A DNA stretch of 64,000 nucleotides from an uncultured cyanobacterium. Its GTDB lineage: Bacteria > Cyanobacteriota > Cyanobacteriia > Cyanobacteriales > CAWUOF01. Position numbers and translations under genes: made by a program. This document shows positions 30,500-41,535 of this stretch, one piece after another (the first letter of the stretch is position 1; each line of letters starts with the position of its first letter). The DNA lies in NCBI GenBank assembly GCA_963744145.1, contig CAVUSO010000001.1:224001-288000 (forward strand), written 5' to 3'. A model generated the notes under the pieces. It was not told the origin of the DNA, ran no database searches, and saw nothing but the letters and a program-made list of their open reading frames with translations.

Positions 30500-32209
30500 A
30501 TGAACATATCACAAAATTTATCAGATGTCAAGCCCACAACCTTACCTCAACCAGAGAAAGAATTTTTGTCCAACCCAACTCCAGCAAGAGTAACTTGGTC
30601 AATCTTTCCTAGGATAGTCAGAGCTTTTCCGATCTATAATCGCGGCAATAGATTATATCGAGTCGGTCGATATGAAGCAGCGATCGCCTATTACGACAGG
30701 GCACTATCCCAAAAACCAGACTGGTGTGCAGCATGGTTAAAACGTGGTTTAGCTTTGGAAAAATTACAGCATTATCCAGAAGCGATCGCAGCTTATGACC
30801 AAATAATTGCCATTAGACCAAGACACTATTGGGCTTGGACATTTCGGGGTCGAGTATTATATTATTTGCACAAGTATGAAGACGCTTTAGCCTGTTATGA
30901 GAAAGTAATTGCTATTAAACCAAATCAACCTGATATTTGGTATGATCGAGGGATAGTTTTAGAAAATTTACATCGATATCAAGAAGCGATCGCCTCCTAT
31001 AACCAAGCTCTAAAAAATCAATTAGCTGGGTATGAAGTTTGGTATCGTCGCGGTAATATACTGAGAAAATTAAATCAATATCAAGAAGCAGTCACATCTT
31101 ATGATCAAGCACTATTATTAAAACCAGAAGCGATCGAAGTCTGGTTAAATCGAGGTGTTACGCTTGATCATGCCCAAAGGTATGCAGCAGCAATTGAATC
31201 TTACGATCAGGTCATTCAATTGAAATCAGATGAGATCAAAGCTTGGTTAAATCGAGGGATTGCTTTAGAAAAAATGCAACGTTACACAGAAGCAGTCGCT
31301 ACTTATGATCAGGTAATTGCGATGCAACCAGATGCTTATGAAGCTTGGTTTAATAAAGGAATGGCACTGAAACATCAATGGCACGAAGCAGCGATCGCAT
31401 CCTTTGACAAAGCAATTACTATTAAGCCAGAATTTCCCTTAGCATGGTGGGGAAAAGGAATAACTTTATCAGAATCTGGACAACATGAAGCAGCGATCGT
31501 TTGTTTTGATAAAGCGATTGAAATTAATCCAGAATTTCCTAGTGCTTGGTTAGGAAGAGGTGCGGCACTTTATCAACTACGTCGATATGAAAAAGCGATT
31601 CTGGCTTTTAGTAACGCAATTCAACTTAAACCAGAGTTTCCTGAAGCTTGGAATAACCGGGGAGAATGCTTAGAACAATTAAAGCGGTATAACGAAGCAC
31701 TTACTGCTTATGAAAAAATAATTTTCATCTGTCAGAATGATGAATTTTGGAATTATCGGGCTTGGTTAAAATGCGGCAATGTGCTAGAAAAAATGCACGA
31801 ATATGAAAAAGCCATCAACGCTTATAATATCGCGATCGAACTCCAACCCCAAAATCCTGATCCTTGGTTAAGACGTGGTCATGCGTTAGAAAAATTAGAA
31901 CAACACCAACAAACAGTTACTCTTGATGCTCAAAACCCAACAGTTAAACCAGAATCAATTTCAACTTGGTTAAAACGTACTGAAGCACCAGAAAAACATC
32001 AATCTTATCTAGAAGCATTAGCAGCTTATAACCAAGTCATCCAACTTCAACCACAAAGTGCTGAAGCATGGGTAAGACGTGGTCATGTCCTCGAAAAAAT
32101 GGAAAGGTATGAAGATGCACTCCGTTCCTATGGTGTTGCGATTGAACTCAAACCTGATTATTATGAAGCCATCGAAAATCGGAAATGGTTGGAGTCACAA
32201 TTAAAATAA
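30500..32209 (+). CDS. Tetratricopeptide repeat protein
   Basis: Many 34-aa W..RG..L..L..Y..A...Y..A repeats. Confidence 0.92.
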   Translation: MNISQNLSDVKPTTLPQPEKEFLSNPTPARVTWSIFPRIVRAFPIYNRGNRLYRVGRYEAAIAYYDRALSQKPDWCAAWLKRGLALEKLQHYPEAIAAYDQIIAIRPRHYWAWTFRGRVLYYLHKYEDALACYEKVIAIKPNQPDIWYDRGIVLENLHRYQEAIASYNQALKNQLAGYEVWYRRGNILRKLNQYQEAVTSYDQALLLKPEAIEVWLNRGVTLDHAQRYAAAIESYDQVIQLKSDEIKAWLNRGIALEKMQRYTEAVATYDQVIAMQPDAYEAWFNKGMALKHQWHEAAIASFDKAITIKPEFPLAWWGKGITLSESGQHEAAIVCFDKAIEINPEFPSAWLGRGAALYQLRRYEKAILAFSNAIQLKPEFPEAWNNRGECLEQLKRYNEALTAYEKIIFICQNDEFWNYRAWLKCGNVLEKMHEYEKAINAYNIAIELQPQNPDPWLRRGHALEKLEQHQQTVTLDAQNPTVKPESISTWLKRTEAPEKHQSYLEALAAYNQVIQLQPQSAEAWVRRGHVLEKMERYEDALRSYGVAIELKPDYYEAIENRKWLESQLK

Positions 32210-32211
32210 AT

Positions 32212-34602
32212 TCAATTGCTGTTCATCCTAGTTTTTTGTCTGTAATTAGCAATTTTTGCTTGCACCTTTTCATATCCAGGAGTTCCTGGAGAAATTTTTG
32301 CCAAAGATTTCAGAGCACCGCTAAAATTACCAACCTCAACTTGAGCATAAGCTTGTTGAACTAAGAAATGAGCTTGAAAACGCTGTTGATGACGATATTG
32401 GGCAATTTTGGCTTTAACTTTATCATAACTAGCCATACCTGCGGGTAGACTCTCTAGTAATTTTAATGCTTCTGTAAAATTACCGACAGCAGCTTGAGCA
32501 TAAGCAGCTTGGATTAAAGGATGAGCTTTAATACTTTGTTTTTCTCGATACTCAGCAATTTTAGCTGTAATTTTATCATAATTAGCCATACCTTTGGGTA
32601 AACTTTCCAGTAATTTCAATGCTTCTGTAAAATTACCAATAGCAGCTTTAGCATAAGCAGCTTGGATTAAACGGTGAGCTTTAATACTTTGTTTTTGTCG
32701 ATATTCGGTAATTTTCGGCTGAATAATAGCATAAGCTGTAGTTCCTGGAGGAATTTGTTCAAGAAAACTAAGCGCATTGGTAAAATCGCGAACTAGAGCA
32801 CACTGATAGGCTTTTTGAATGAATTTTTCAGCTTCTGCTTCAATTTTCGGCTTTGATTGTTGAACAATTGGATGCAGTTTTTCTTGCCAAAAAGCTATAT
32901 TAGGAACTTTGTCAGCTTCCTTAAGTACATCTAGCCAACGTTCTTGTTGAATTGCTTTTTCAACTGCATGGAATTGATTATTAGCAGTTAACCAGTCGGT
33001 TTGCCAATGTTGTTTAGTGGTTTGAGACTGTTGATAAACTGCACTATCGGTAGAGATCGATTGGACTAATGCGATCGCTTGGTGGAAATGTCCAGTCTGA
33101 AATTGAGTCGTCGCTCTTGCGAGGATTTCCGGACCATAATCAGGTGGACCAACTTGGAACAAAGAAGAAACTCCCACCGCGATCGCGACAGCATTAGCGG
33201 TGAACCCCACACTAATTCCAGTGAGGATGATAGCGGTACTAGGAGAAACAGGAATCGAAAAAATTGACTTATGAGTAGTCGTAGATGCTGCTTGATCCTC
33301 AATAACTGTGGTGGAATCGGTCACAGTCAAAGAAATTTCGTTTCGTTCAACAATTTGATTTTCCAGCATTAGGGTCGGAAATACTCGTGATGGAGCAGAT
33401 ATATTTAGCAGCTTTTGGTTGAAGGTTGGAAGTAGTAAAGGTGTAATGTCGCTCCACAAAGACAAAGGTGTTCCACTGTGAAAAACCGTGGTTATTGTCA
33501 AAGGAGCAACGCGACTTTTACCCACTTCTATGCTTGGGAATTCTAGGAGCAGAGGAAAGAAAATCGGTAGGGAAGTTGAGGAACTAGAAAACACAGACTG
33601 TTGAATTGTCAGTGGTAGTCCCTGCTCAGTAGCTCGTTGCTGGAGTGAGTGTAAAACTTCAGTTGCAGACTGATACCGATTTTCCCAGTTGAAATGCACC
33701 ATCTGATTGATCACAGAGGTTAATCGATCGCTCACACAAGTAAATTGTTGCCAATTAACCTCGCCTGATTGTGGGTCTGCTTTTAAATTTCCTGGTGTTA
33801 GTCCAGTTAAAGCTTGAATCGCAATCATCCCTAAAGCATAAATATCGCTGTTAGGATAGGGTTGACCAATGAATTGTTCTCTCGGGATATACCCTAATGG
33901 ATCAACAACATCTGCATCGCCAATTTCGCAGATTCTGTCTCGAATTTGATCAATTTTTTGGGAAAAAATCGGGAGTGAGGGGGGGGATAGCTGGGCTAAA
34001 CCAAAATCGATCAAAACGAATTTACCGTCTGTAGCACGTCGGATCAAATTATCTGGTTTGAGATCACAATGGATCACACCTTGGCTGTGAATAAATTCCA
34101 GAATTAATAAAACTTCGGTTAATAATTGAATAACCTGCTCTTCACTCCAACGTTTGCGACATCGTTTACTAATTGGTAATTGGGAACTGAGGAGTTGGCC
34201 ATCAATAAACTCTTGTACTAAGTAAAATTTTTGTTCCTCAGCAAAATTTCCTAAAAGCTGGGGAATCCCATCGTGATGTCCAAGTTTTTTTAAAATTTCT
34301 GCTTCGTTGATCAATAAACGTTGCTCGAACAAAAATAATTTTTGATTAGCACATTTAAACTGCTTAATCACGCACTGGGGACGATCTGGATTGTGGATGT
34401 CTTTAGCTAAATAGGTTTCTGCAAATGCCCCCACACTTAAGGGTTTAATAATTTGATAACGATCGTTTAATAATTTTGCTGATTTTGAGGTAATGACCTC
34501 AGTTATTGTGGTTAATGTCCGCATACAACCCCATTCCTGATGGAACCGCAAGTGAATTTCTGGCGAGTTATTGTTTGGGCAAACTGGTAACTCAATCAAC
34601 AT
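32212..34602 (-). CDS. Membrane-anchored Ser/Thr protein kinase with C-terminal 51-aa helical repeats
   Basis: CVIKQF, HCDLKPDN, DFG, SDIYALG; central TM segment; repeated KIAEYR units. Confidence 0.88.
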   Translation of the reverse strand: MLIELPVCPNNNSPEIHLRFHQEWGCMRTLTTITEVITSKSAKLLNDRYQIIKPLSVGAFAETYLAKDIHNPDRPQCVIKQFKCANQKLFLFEQRLLINEAEILKKLGHHDGIPQLLGNFAEEQKFYLVQEFIDGQLLSSQLPISKRCRKRWSEEQVIQLLTEVLLILEFIHSQGVIHCDLKPDNLIRRATDGKFVLIDFGLAQLSPPSLPIFSQKIDQIRDRICEIGDADVVDPLGYIPREQFIGQPYPNSDIYALGMIAIQALTGLTPGNLKADPQSGEVNWQQFTCVSDRLTSVINQMVHFNWENRYQSATEVLHSLQQRATEQGLPLTIQQSVFSSSSTSLPIFFPLLLEFPSIEVGKSRVAPLTITTVFHSGTPLSLWSDITPLLLPTFNQKLLNISAPSRVFPTLMLENQIVERNEISLTVTDSTTVIEDQAASTTTHKSIFSIPVSPSTAIILTGISVGFTANAVAIAVGVSSLFQVGPPDYGPEILARATTQFQTGHFHQAIALVQSISTDSAVYQQSQTTKQHWQTDWLTANNQFHAVEKAIQQERWLDVLKEADKVPNIAFWQEKLHPIVQQSKPKIEAEAEKFIQKAYQCALVRDFTNALSFLEQIPPGTTAYAIIQPKITEYRQKQSIKAHRLIQAAYAKAAIGNFTEALKLLESLPKGMANYDKITAKIAEYREKQSIKAHPLIQAAYAQAAVGNFTEALKLLESLPAGMASYDKVKAKIAQYRHQQRFQAHFLVQQAYAQVEVGNFSGALKSLAKISPGTPGYEKVQAKIANYRQKTRMNSN

Positions 34603-34653
34603 CTTTCAGTGCTGCGGCTCTAGTTCAGGAATAAACTAGATCGAGATATTAAA

Positions 34654-35484
34654 GTGCCAGGAGATGAAAAAGTGACAGCAGCTAATATAGCGCCCCCTAC
34701 CCAACTCCCAGATCCCAATCTAGTTAAGTTAGCTGAAGGGGCGATCGCCGAATTTGAGCAATCCATACTCCCCGGTATTTGGCCCGCGATCGATAAGTCA
34801 CAATTGATCACAGATATGCGAGCGCGATTGCAAGATCCCTTTCAAGTTAATCAAGGAAGCCAACCTTTTTGTGGCCCTGCATCACTTTTATTCGAGTTAA
34901 TTCGGCATAATCCTCCTAAATATGTGGAAATTTGCCGTAATTTATATCAAGTTGGTGGCTTTCATACAAAAAGTAAATGGATTACTCCCTCGCGATCGCT
35001 TAGGGAAGATACGGGAAATCCTGATATGCCCTTAGCAGATTGGATGATTTTATCTACTCTTCGGGAATCGGATAATTTAATCTGTCCAGTTAGATCTAAC
35101 GCTCCAGAAATGTTGCGTAATATCAGTGGGATGACTAACCCCTGGGAAATGGAAGGTTGGGTAAAAGAAGTGTTGGGATACAGGAATGCTCAATTTATTA
35201 CAGCTTTTCTGACTGGAGATTTGCAAATATTGCACCAAGTATCAGATATTCTCCAGAGTGGAGGAGTTGCTTTTGCATTAATTACTGCGGAAGGTTTACT
35301 GATGAATCAACCACCATCGGTTCCTTTTCCGAGCCACTGGATTTCTTTATTGGGCAATATTTCTACTGAAAATCCGGATCATATCAGTTTTGATATTTTC
35401 ACTTGGGCACAACAAATGCACATTGATGTCGCAGAAAAACCATTGAAGAGTTATTTCTGGGGAGTGGTAGCTGGGAAACCATAA
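34654..35484 (+). CDS. Hypothetical protein, possible papain-like cysteine peptidase
   Basis: NQGSQPFCGPAS and SHWISL resemble Q/C and H catalytic segments. Confidence 0.55.
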   Translation: MPGDEKVTAANIAPPTQLPDPNLVKLAEGAIAEFEQSILPGIWPAIDKSQLITDMRARLQDPFQVNQGSQPFCGPASLLFELIRHNPPKYVEICRNLYQVGGFHTKSKWITPSRSLREDTGNPDMPLADWMILSTLRESDNLICPVRSNAPEMLRNISGMTNPWEMEGWVKEVLGYRNAQFITAFLTGDLQILHQVSDILQSGGVAFALITAEGLLMNQPPSVPFPSHWISLLGNISTENPDHISFDIFTWAQQMHIDVAEKPLKSYFWGVVAGKP

Positions 35485-35510
35485 TTATTCTGATAATGAT
35501 TTAATCCGCG

Positions 35511-35921
35511 TTTGTAGTAGGGAATGAGAGTCCCCTAATGCTCAATATTTGAGGGAAGACAGCCCTGACTACAAACAAATATTTTTGACTTTCGCTTTCT
35601 TGTCTAATACAGCCTATTCCAGGTTTATGAAGTTCATCAAGGTGATCTGTGGGGCAGGGCGGGTTCATTAATACCTCGACTACCCTTCGACTACGCTCAG
35701 GGCAAGCGCTCGGCACAAGGGTTATTTGTGTGTGGCAAATTCAACGGTGAACCCGCCCCTACAGGGATTCACCAAAAAATCGATCAGGATTAGAGGATGA
35801 CAAGATTAACAGGATTTGTAGGGGCAGGTGAATGAATTTATGATCACAATCAACCGGGATTTGTAGGGGCAGGTTCACCAATCAATTCTGCTCCAAACCG
35901 ATCACTATCATAAACCTGCCC
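35511..35921. repeat. Cluster of REP-like inverted repeats containing nested 24-nt elements
   Basis: GGGCGGGTTCA/TGAACCCGCCCCTAC pair, GGATTTGTAGGGGCAGGT twice, AACCTGCCC; nested SDRs at 35672-35719. Confidence 0.7.
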
Positions 35922-35997
35922 AACCAACACAGATCACTCTCAAGCGACTTTAACTGATCGCCATTCATGCCAAATCTTCCTGTACTTCATCAACAGG

Positions 35998-37996
35998 TCA
36001 TCCGCTGTATTGCTCAAGCTGCTTTAACTTCTGTTCGATCGCTACCAGATCTTCTAAAATTTCTGCAACACTCCTTAACTTTTCCGGTTGATAAAAAATC
36101 TTATTAAAATTAATCTCTACTCCCACCACATTATCTAAATACTTAAAAGGTTTAGTCAGATATTTCTCCATAAAATCAGCAATACCTTTTTGATTTTCTA
36201 TCTGATCTCGATGAAACGGAATAATTTCATAATCCTTTTGATCATCTGGCATCAATTTCACCGTAATTTCAATTCGTTCAGGTAACTTTTTATTAGCCTT
36301 TTTAAAAGCAGCATTTACGACAATTTTACCACAACCTAACTCTTCTCTGATCCGATTTGTTTCTTTAACTAGAGTTTCGCGATCGCGATCAAACCAATAA
36401 CGAGCCTGCTCTGTGATAATTACTATATCCTGATCATCAAAAGAATCAATCAAAGGCTTAAGTTCTTGCTCATAAAATTCCCACAGATTACTTCTAGATA
36501 TGGTAAATTCGGTCAAAACGCGATCGCCATTTTCTATTTTAATTGGCATCAATTTTTGGTGAGTTTTTCCCTCCTTTAACCGACTCACAAAACTCCTTCC
36601 CTCCTGATCTACATTAGTTAATATAATCGCTTGTTTATTAAAATAGAAAAACTCTTGATCAAAAACTCTTGCATAATCATTATCAGCAAACTGACGGAGA
36701 GTTTCGACAATCTCCCAACGACTATCTTGATCAATTTCCTTACGTTTAGCACCCTGATTTTTGGGCAAGGTTTTAAACTTCTCACTCGCATTAATTAAGA
36801 TAACTTTATTTTCGCGACTAATATCTTTATTTTTATTCAAAACCCAAAGATAAGTATAAATACTGGTATTAAAAAACTCAGCCGTTGGTAACTGAATAAT
36901 AGCTTCAACAATATTGCTATCTAACAGCCATTTCCGAATATTACTTTCGGAAGACCCCGCATCTCCAGAAAACAAAGTTGAACCATTATGTACAACTACT
37001 CCAATCCCATTAACATCCATTTTGGAGATTAAATGTTGCATAAACAATAATTGTCCATCAGAAATTGCTGGTAAATATTTAAACCTACCCGTTTGATCAT
37101 TTTCAATATCTTTTTGATATCCCTTCCAACTTACTCCGTAGGGGGGATTTGCAACGACAACATCAAAACTATGATGAGCAAATTTATCTTCTGTTAAACT
37201 ATTACCATATTCAATCTGAGAATTTGTCCGAAATCTACTTTCAATTTTAGCTAAAGCATAAAGCGCATCATTCCAATCTTGTCCGTAGGTTTGAGTACAG
37301 CACTCAAACTTCTGCTTAATCCGATCTTCTACCCCAAATAATAGATTACCACCTCCACAAGTACAATCATAAATCTTCAACAAGCGATCGTCTGATGTTG
37401 AAATTTTCGAGACAATGATTTCCGCGATCAATGCAATCATATCATCCGGTGTATATTGTTCTCCTGCTGTCTCTGCGGAAATATCTGCCCAACGACGCTT
37501 AATATGTTCTTCTAAAGTAGTAATTTCCGAGTTATTAAAAGGTTTGAAATCAATTTTACTCCAGGCTTTAGTATAGTCTAATAAAATCTTTTTTGCCTTC
37601 AGCTTATTAATTATACCTTGAAGATCTTAAAAACTTTTCTCCATTAGTTATCTCCACACCTAATAATTCCTTTGTTTCGCGATCGAATCCTTCTAAATAA
37701 GCGGCAAAATCAACATCAAAGGATTGTTCATTTTGGCAAATATCTGGCAGAGTTTGGTTTTTTTCAAAAATATAAGTATTATCACCTTGATTCCGTTTCT
37801 GAACTTCTGATTGATCTGGACTAATTTCTGTTTGTAAACCCTCTTGGATTCTTACCAGTCTACTTTCAACCATTAACAGCGCAAAAAACGGCATCATATA
37901 GGAAGACCATTCAGATTCCTTAATCCCACATCCCCTCAATAAATCTGCTGTTGCCCAGATTTTCGATTCATATTGAAGAATATTGTGATTAATCAT
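35998..37996 (-). pseudogene. hsdM: Type I restriction-modification methyltransferase (HsdM), +1 frameshift
   Basis: IWATADLLRG start; removing one A near 37627 gives KFLDLQGIINKLK...AGEQYTPDD and joins both ORFs; DCTCGGG and NPPY motifs. Confidence 0.85.
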
Positions 37997-38023
37997 ACAG
38001 AAATTTTATACCGTCATTAGTTA

Positions 38024-38611
38024 TTAATCTGCTTCAGCAGTCTCTAGAATTACATCCTCATAAATCAACTCGATCGAACAGCGAAAATTAACACTCTTTA
38101 ATTCAACTTCATCCCCTTCTGAATAGGTATAAAGCTCCCAAACTCCCTGATCATTTAATTGATAACACTCAATCATTTTCTGTTCAGTATTGATCAATAC
38201 ATATTCTTTTAATGTAGAAATACGGCGATAATTGTAAAACTTTTTACCTCGATCTTTAGCTTCCGTGCTGGGAGAAAGAACCTCAACAATTAGACAGGGA
38301 TAATAGATAGCTTGAATCGCTTGTCGATCGCGTTGATCACAAGTAACCATCACATCGGGATAGTAAAACGGGCCAATTTCCGACACTCCCACCTTAGCAT
38401 CTGCCATAGAAACTTTACACCCTTTTCCTCGCAGGTGATTTTTTAATGCTGTGGTCAGGTTAACGGTAAGATCATTATGGGGAATTGTTCCCCCAGTCAT
38501 AGCAAAAACTTTGCCATCAATATATTCATATTTAATCGATTGTTTTTCTTCCCAGTGCAAATAGTCCTGGGGAGTTAGATATTGCCACTGGGAAACTGCA
38601 ACCATAACCAT
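38024..38611 (-). CDS. Uma2 (DUF820) family endonuclease
   Basis: KYEYIDG, YPDVMVTCD, IVEVLSPST..DRGKKF. Confidence 0.9.
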   Translation of the reverse strand: MVMVAVSQWQYLTPQDYLHWEEKQSIKYEYIDGKVFAMTGGTIPHNDLTVNLTTALKNHLRGKGCKVSMADAKVGVSEIGPFYYPDVMVTCDQRDRQAIQAIYYPCLIVEVLSPSTEAKDRGKKFYNYRRISTLKEYVLINTEQKMIECYQLNDQGVWELYTYSEGDEVELKSVNFRCSIELIYEDVILETAEAD

Positions 38612-38649
38612 CTTCTCATATATTCTAGGTGTAATTGCTCAATTTGATT

Positions 38650-38749
38650 CAATAGGGTTCAGTTAGAGAAGAAAAAATTTCTTAGGTATGTAGTTGAGCT
38701 TCAGCGATCTTGACGCAACTACATACCCGGGCTTAACTGAACCGTATTG
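38650..38749. mobile_element. MITE with CAATACGGTTCAGTTAAG-type terminal repeats
   Basis: CAATAGGGTTCAGTTA.../...TTAACTGAACCGTATTG; flanks CAATTTGATT and CAAGTTGACT (8/10 match, decayed TSD); inner hairpin GGTATGTAGTTG/CAACTACATACC. Confidence 0.75.
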
Positions 38750-38795
38750 CAAGTTGACTCTATTATATGCGATCGCGATTATTCCAGGAGGGGTA

Positions 38796-39311
38796 TTAGG
38801 GGCGATCGCCTTTATCTATGTCTTCGTTTTCTGTTTTTTTACCTTCTAAAGATGATGGCACTGATATCCGGATGTTAATATCAATTGTGCCTGTGTTATG
38901 ATCAAAACCCATATTAACTATTTTTACGATTGGCTCTACTTGCGAATAATGACTATCTTTCTCTTGTTTAGATGATTTAGCTTTATATCCTGCTTCAGCT
39001 AACAAATTATTAATATTTCTCCAATGCCCTACTTTTTCAGTAGAAATATCAGGCATTTTTGTTAAGTATTGATATAAAGTTTTGCACATATAAACTTCAA
39101 CACCTTTGGGACTCTGGACGAGTTTGCGAGCCATTTCAGCGGGACTGTAACCGCACAGCACCCCCCGCAAAAAAAGCTTTTCCCGCTCTGTAAGTCCCTT
39201 TCTAGCGTGAGGAACTACTTGCTTCTTAGCTTCGGCAAGAGCTTGATACAGCCTTTCCAAGTCCCAGTTATTAGCAGCTTCAGCAAACATCTCGTCGTTG
39301 TTATATGCCAT
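38796..39311 (-). CDS. Helix-turn-helix domain protein, probable regulator
   Basis: LTEREKLFLRGVLCGYSPAEMARKL resembles a LuxR/sigma-region-4-like HTH; divergent from adk. Confidence 0.7.
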   Translation of the reverse strand: MAYNNDEMFAEAANNWDLERLYQALAEAKKQVVPHARKGLTEREKLFLRGVLCGYSPAEMARKLVQSPKGVEVYMCKTLYQYLTKMPDISTEKVGHWRNINNLLAEAGYKAKSSKQEKDSHYSQVEPIVKIVNMGFDHNTGTIDINIRISVPSSLEGKKTENEDIDKGDRP

Positions 39312-39439
39312 TGCGTATATGGGTAAATTGATAGCGTATGCCTAACCAAAAGTTATAATGTTAGTTAGGTTCTTATTAGTTAGATCTAGTTTAACATTAG
39401 TGTAGTCAACGTTAATTACTAATAAAAGTAACTATATCA

Positions 39440-40039
39440 ATGCGATTGATCTTTTTAGGGCCACCAGGAGCAGGTAAGGGAACTCAGGCAGCTCTTTTAG
39501 CTAAACCTTTAGGAATTCCTCACATTTCAACAGGTGAATTACTGCGTCAAGCTAAAGCAGAAAAAACACCTCTTGGTCTGAAAGCACAGGAATATATGGA
39601 CAAAGGTGAATTAGTTCCAGACGCTCTGTTACTGGGGATGGTTCGAGAACGTCTGAGTCAACCAGATGCTCAGTTGGGATGGATTTTAGATGGCTTTCCA
39701 CGAAACATCTATCAAGTTGGTGCGTTGGATGGCTTACTGCTGGGGATGAATCAACGAGGTTATGACGGTGTAATCAGTCTGCAAGTACCAGATGATGCTC
39801 TTTTGCCCCGACTGAAGAAACGGGCAATAGAAGCGGTTCCCCCACGTCTGGATGATGCTAAACCAGAAGTGATTCGTAATAGGTTGGAAGTGTATCACGA
39901 AAAAACGGCTCCTTTGATCCAGTTTTACAGCGATCGGCAGCAGCTATTACCAGTCAATGGCTACCAGTCAGTTGAAACCGTCACAGCAGCACTGAAAGCA
40001 CTTATCGACGATCTGAAAAAAACATCCAATCTTGATTAG
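39440..40039 (+). CDS. adk: Adenylate kinase (short LID), outside the ribosomal operon
   Basis: GPPGAGKGTQA, HISTGELLR, GELVPD, GWILDGFPR, RLDD..RLEVYH. Confidence 0.93.
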   Translation: MRLIFLGPPGAGKGTQAALLAKPLGIPHISTGELLRQAKAEKTPLGLKAQEYMDKGELVPDALLLGMVRERLSQPDAQLGWILDGFPRNIYQVGALDGLLLGMNQRGYDGVISLQVPDDALLPRLKKRAIEAVPPRLDDAKPEVIRNRLEVYHEKTAPLIQFYSDRQQLLPVNGYQSVETVTAALKALIDDLKKTSNLD

Positions 40040-40119
40040 CACTCAGCAATTTATTCTATATTGAGCCTTTTTGCAAAGCAAGTAATGTTTAGTTGAATGG
40101 AACGAGAGACGAATAAAAT

Positions 40120-41535
40120 ATGGCATACAATCACGCAAGCAGGTTTACAGGGGAATACGATCAAAACCCTAAGCTGAACTTTGAAATATATGCAGAACAA
40201 CTATGTAGGCAAGCTATAGAGAATACAAGAGAGACTAAAGAAGCATTTACAGTTGGTATCTTTGGTTCATGGGGTAGTGGTAAGACTACTCTAATGCGTC
40301 GTATTGAAAATAATTTTAATGATGAAAACTTTCTTAAGAAATTTAATTTGACTAAATCCCAACCCAGGTCTAATACTGTAAGTAAGAAGATATGTAGAAC
40401 GATTTGGTTTAATCCTTGGAAGTATGATGGTAAAGAAGATGTCAGAAATGCTCTAATTCAGACAATATTACGCGAGATAATTAACGATAGTTCAGACGAG
40501 ATTGTGCTTAAAAAATGTAAACGTTTAGCCGCTAATTTCGCTCGTTGTACAGGAGGAATTTTAGGGCAACTTACTAAAGTTGGTCTATATGGAGCAACTC
40601 AACCAATAGGTGGTGTTCTTGTTGAACCTATAGCCAAAGAAATCGAAGATTTTATTCTTAATAATATAAAAAGTGACGACGATCCATATTTATTTATTAA
40701 TAAATTTGAAGAGAGGTTTAGAGATGCTGTTCACAATTATGTAGGTATTGAGGGTAGACTGATAGTTTTCATTGATGATTTAGATCGTTGCTTGCCCGAA
40801 AATGCACTAACTGTACTTGAATCCCTCAAACTTTATCTGACTCAAGTTAACTGCATTTTTTTTATAGGACTTGATAAGAGAATTATTGAGCAAGCAGTCA
40901 GTCACAGATATGAAAATATTAGAGTAACGGGAAAAGAGTATATAGAAAAGATAATACGTCTTAACTTTTTCCTATTTGATAAAGATCCGGATATAGTAGC
41001 AAAACTTTTTGAACTCGCTGGAATCAGCAACATTTATGATAAAAAACATCCCCAGATAAAAGAAAATGCGGAAAAAATGTGGACTATGATTATTGGTGCT
41101 ACTCAGGCAAATCTTCGCAAAATTGAACAGTTTACCATTGCCTTTGAGCTAATTGAAAAAATTGTCGATGCCCTTAACAAGAAAATTCAAGAAAAAAAGA
41201 AAGGGGAAACACCGGAAAAACAACGTGAAATGGAAAAGCAGATCATAAATTGGCATGAAGTCTATCCTAAATTGGCTAAAGTTTTGCTTATACAGATGAA
41301 CTTTCCTGATTTTTATGATGCTTGGGAAAACAATCATGCTCTTATGGAGGAACTAAATAATACTTATAAAACGGCTACAGAAACATCAGAAAGATTAAAA
41401 TTTATCCAACAAAAATACCCATCAGCAGATCTAAATTTAATTGAATTCATCGTTAATAATTTTGAATTTGGTAAGATTTGCAATGATGATGATTGGAAGA
41501 TCATACATAAATTATCTCAAACCGTAACTTACTAA
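40120..41535 (+). CDS. KAP family P-loop NTPase
   Basis: TVGIFGSWGSGKT Walker A, WFNPWKY, LIVFIDDLDRC Walker B, YIEKII. Confidence 0.9.
   Translation: MAYNHASRFTGEYDQNPKLNFEIYAEQLCRQAIENTRETKEAFTVGIFGSWGSGKTTLMRRIENNFNDENFLKKFNLTKSQPRSNTVSKKICRTIWFNPWKYDGKEDVRNALIQTILREIINDSSDEIVLKKCKRLAANFARCTGGILGQLTKVGLYGATQPIGGVLVEPIAKEIEDFILNNIKSDDDPYLFINKFEERFRDAVHNYVGIEGRLIVFIDDLDRCLPENALTVLESLKLYLTQVNCIFFIGLDKRIIEQAVSHRYENIRVTGKEYIEKIIRLNFFLFDKDPDIVAKLFELAGISNIYDKKHPQIKENAEKMWTMIIGATQANLRKIEQFTIAFELIEKIVDALNKKIQEKKKGETPEKQREMEKQIINWHEVYPKLAKVLLIQMNFPDFYDAWENNHALMEELNNTYKTATETSERLKFIQQKYPSADLNLIEFIVNNFEFGKICNDDDWKIIHKLSQTVTY

Noticed and set aside
35501-35716. 71-aa ORF
   Set aside because: Made of REP and SDR repeat sequence; no protein signature
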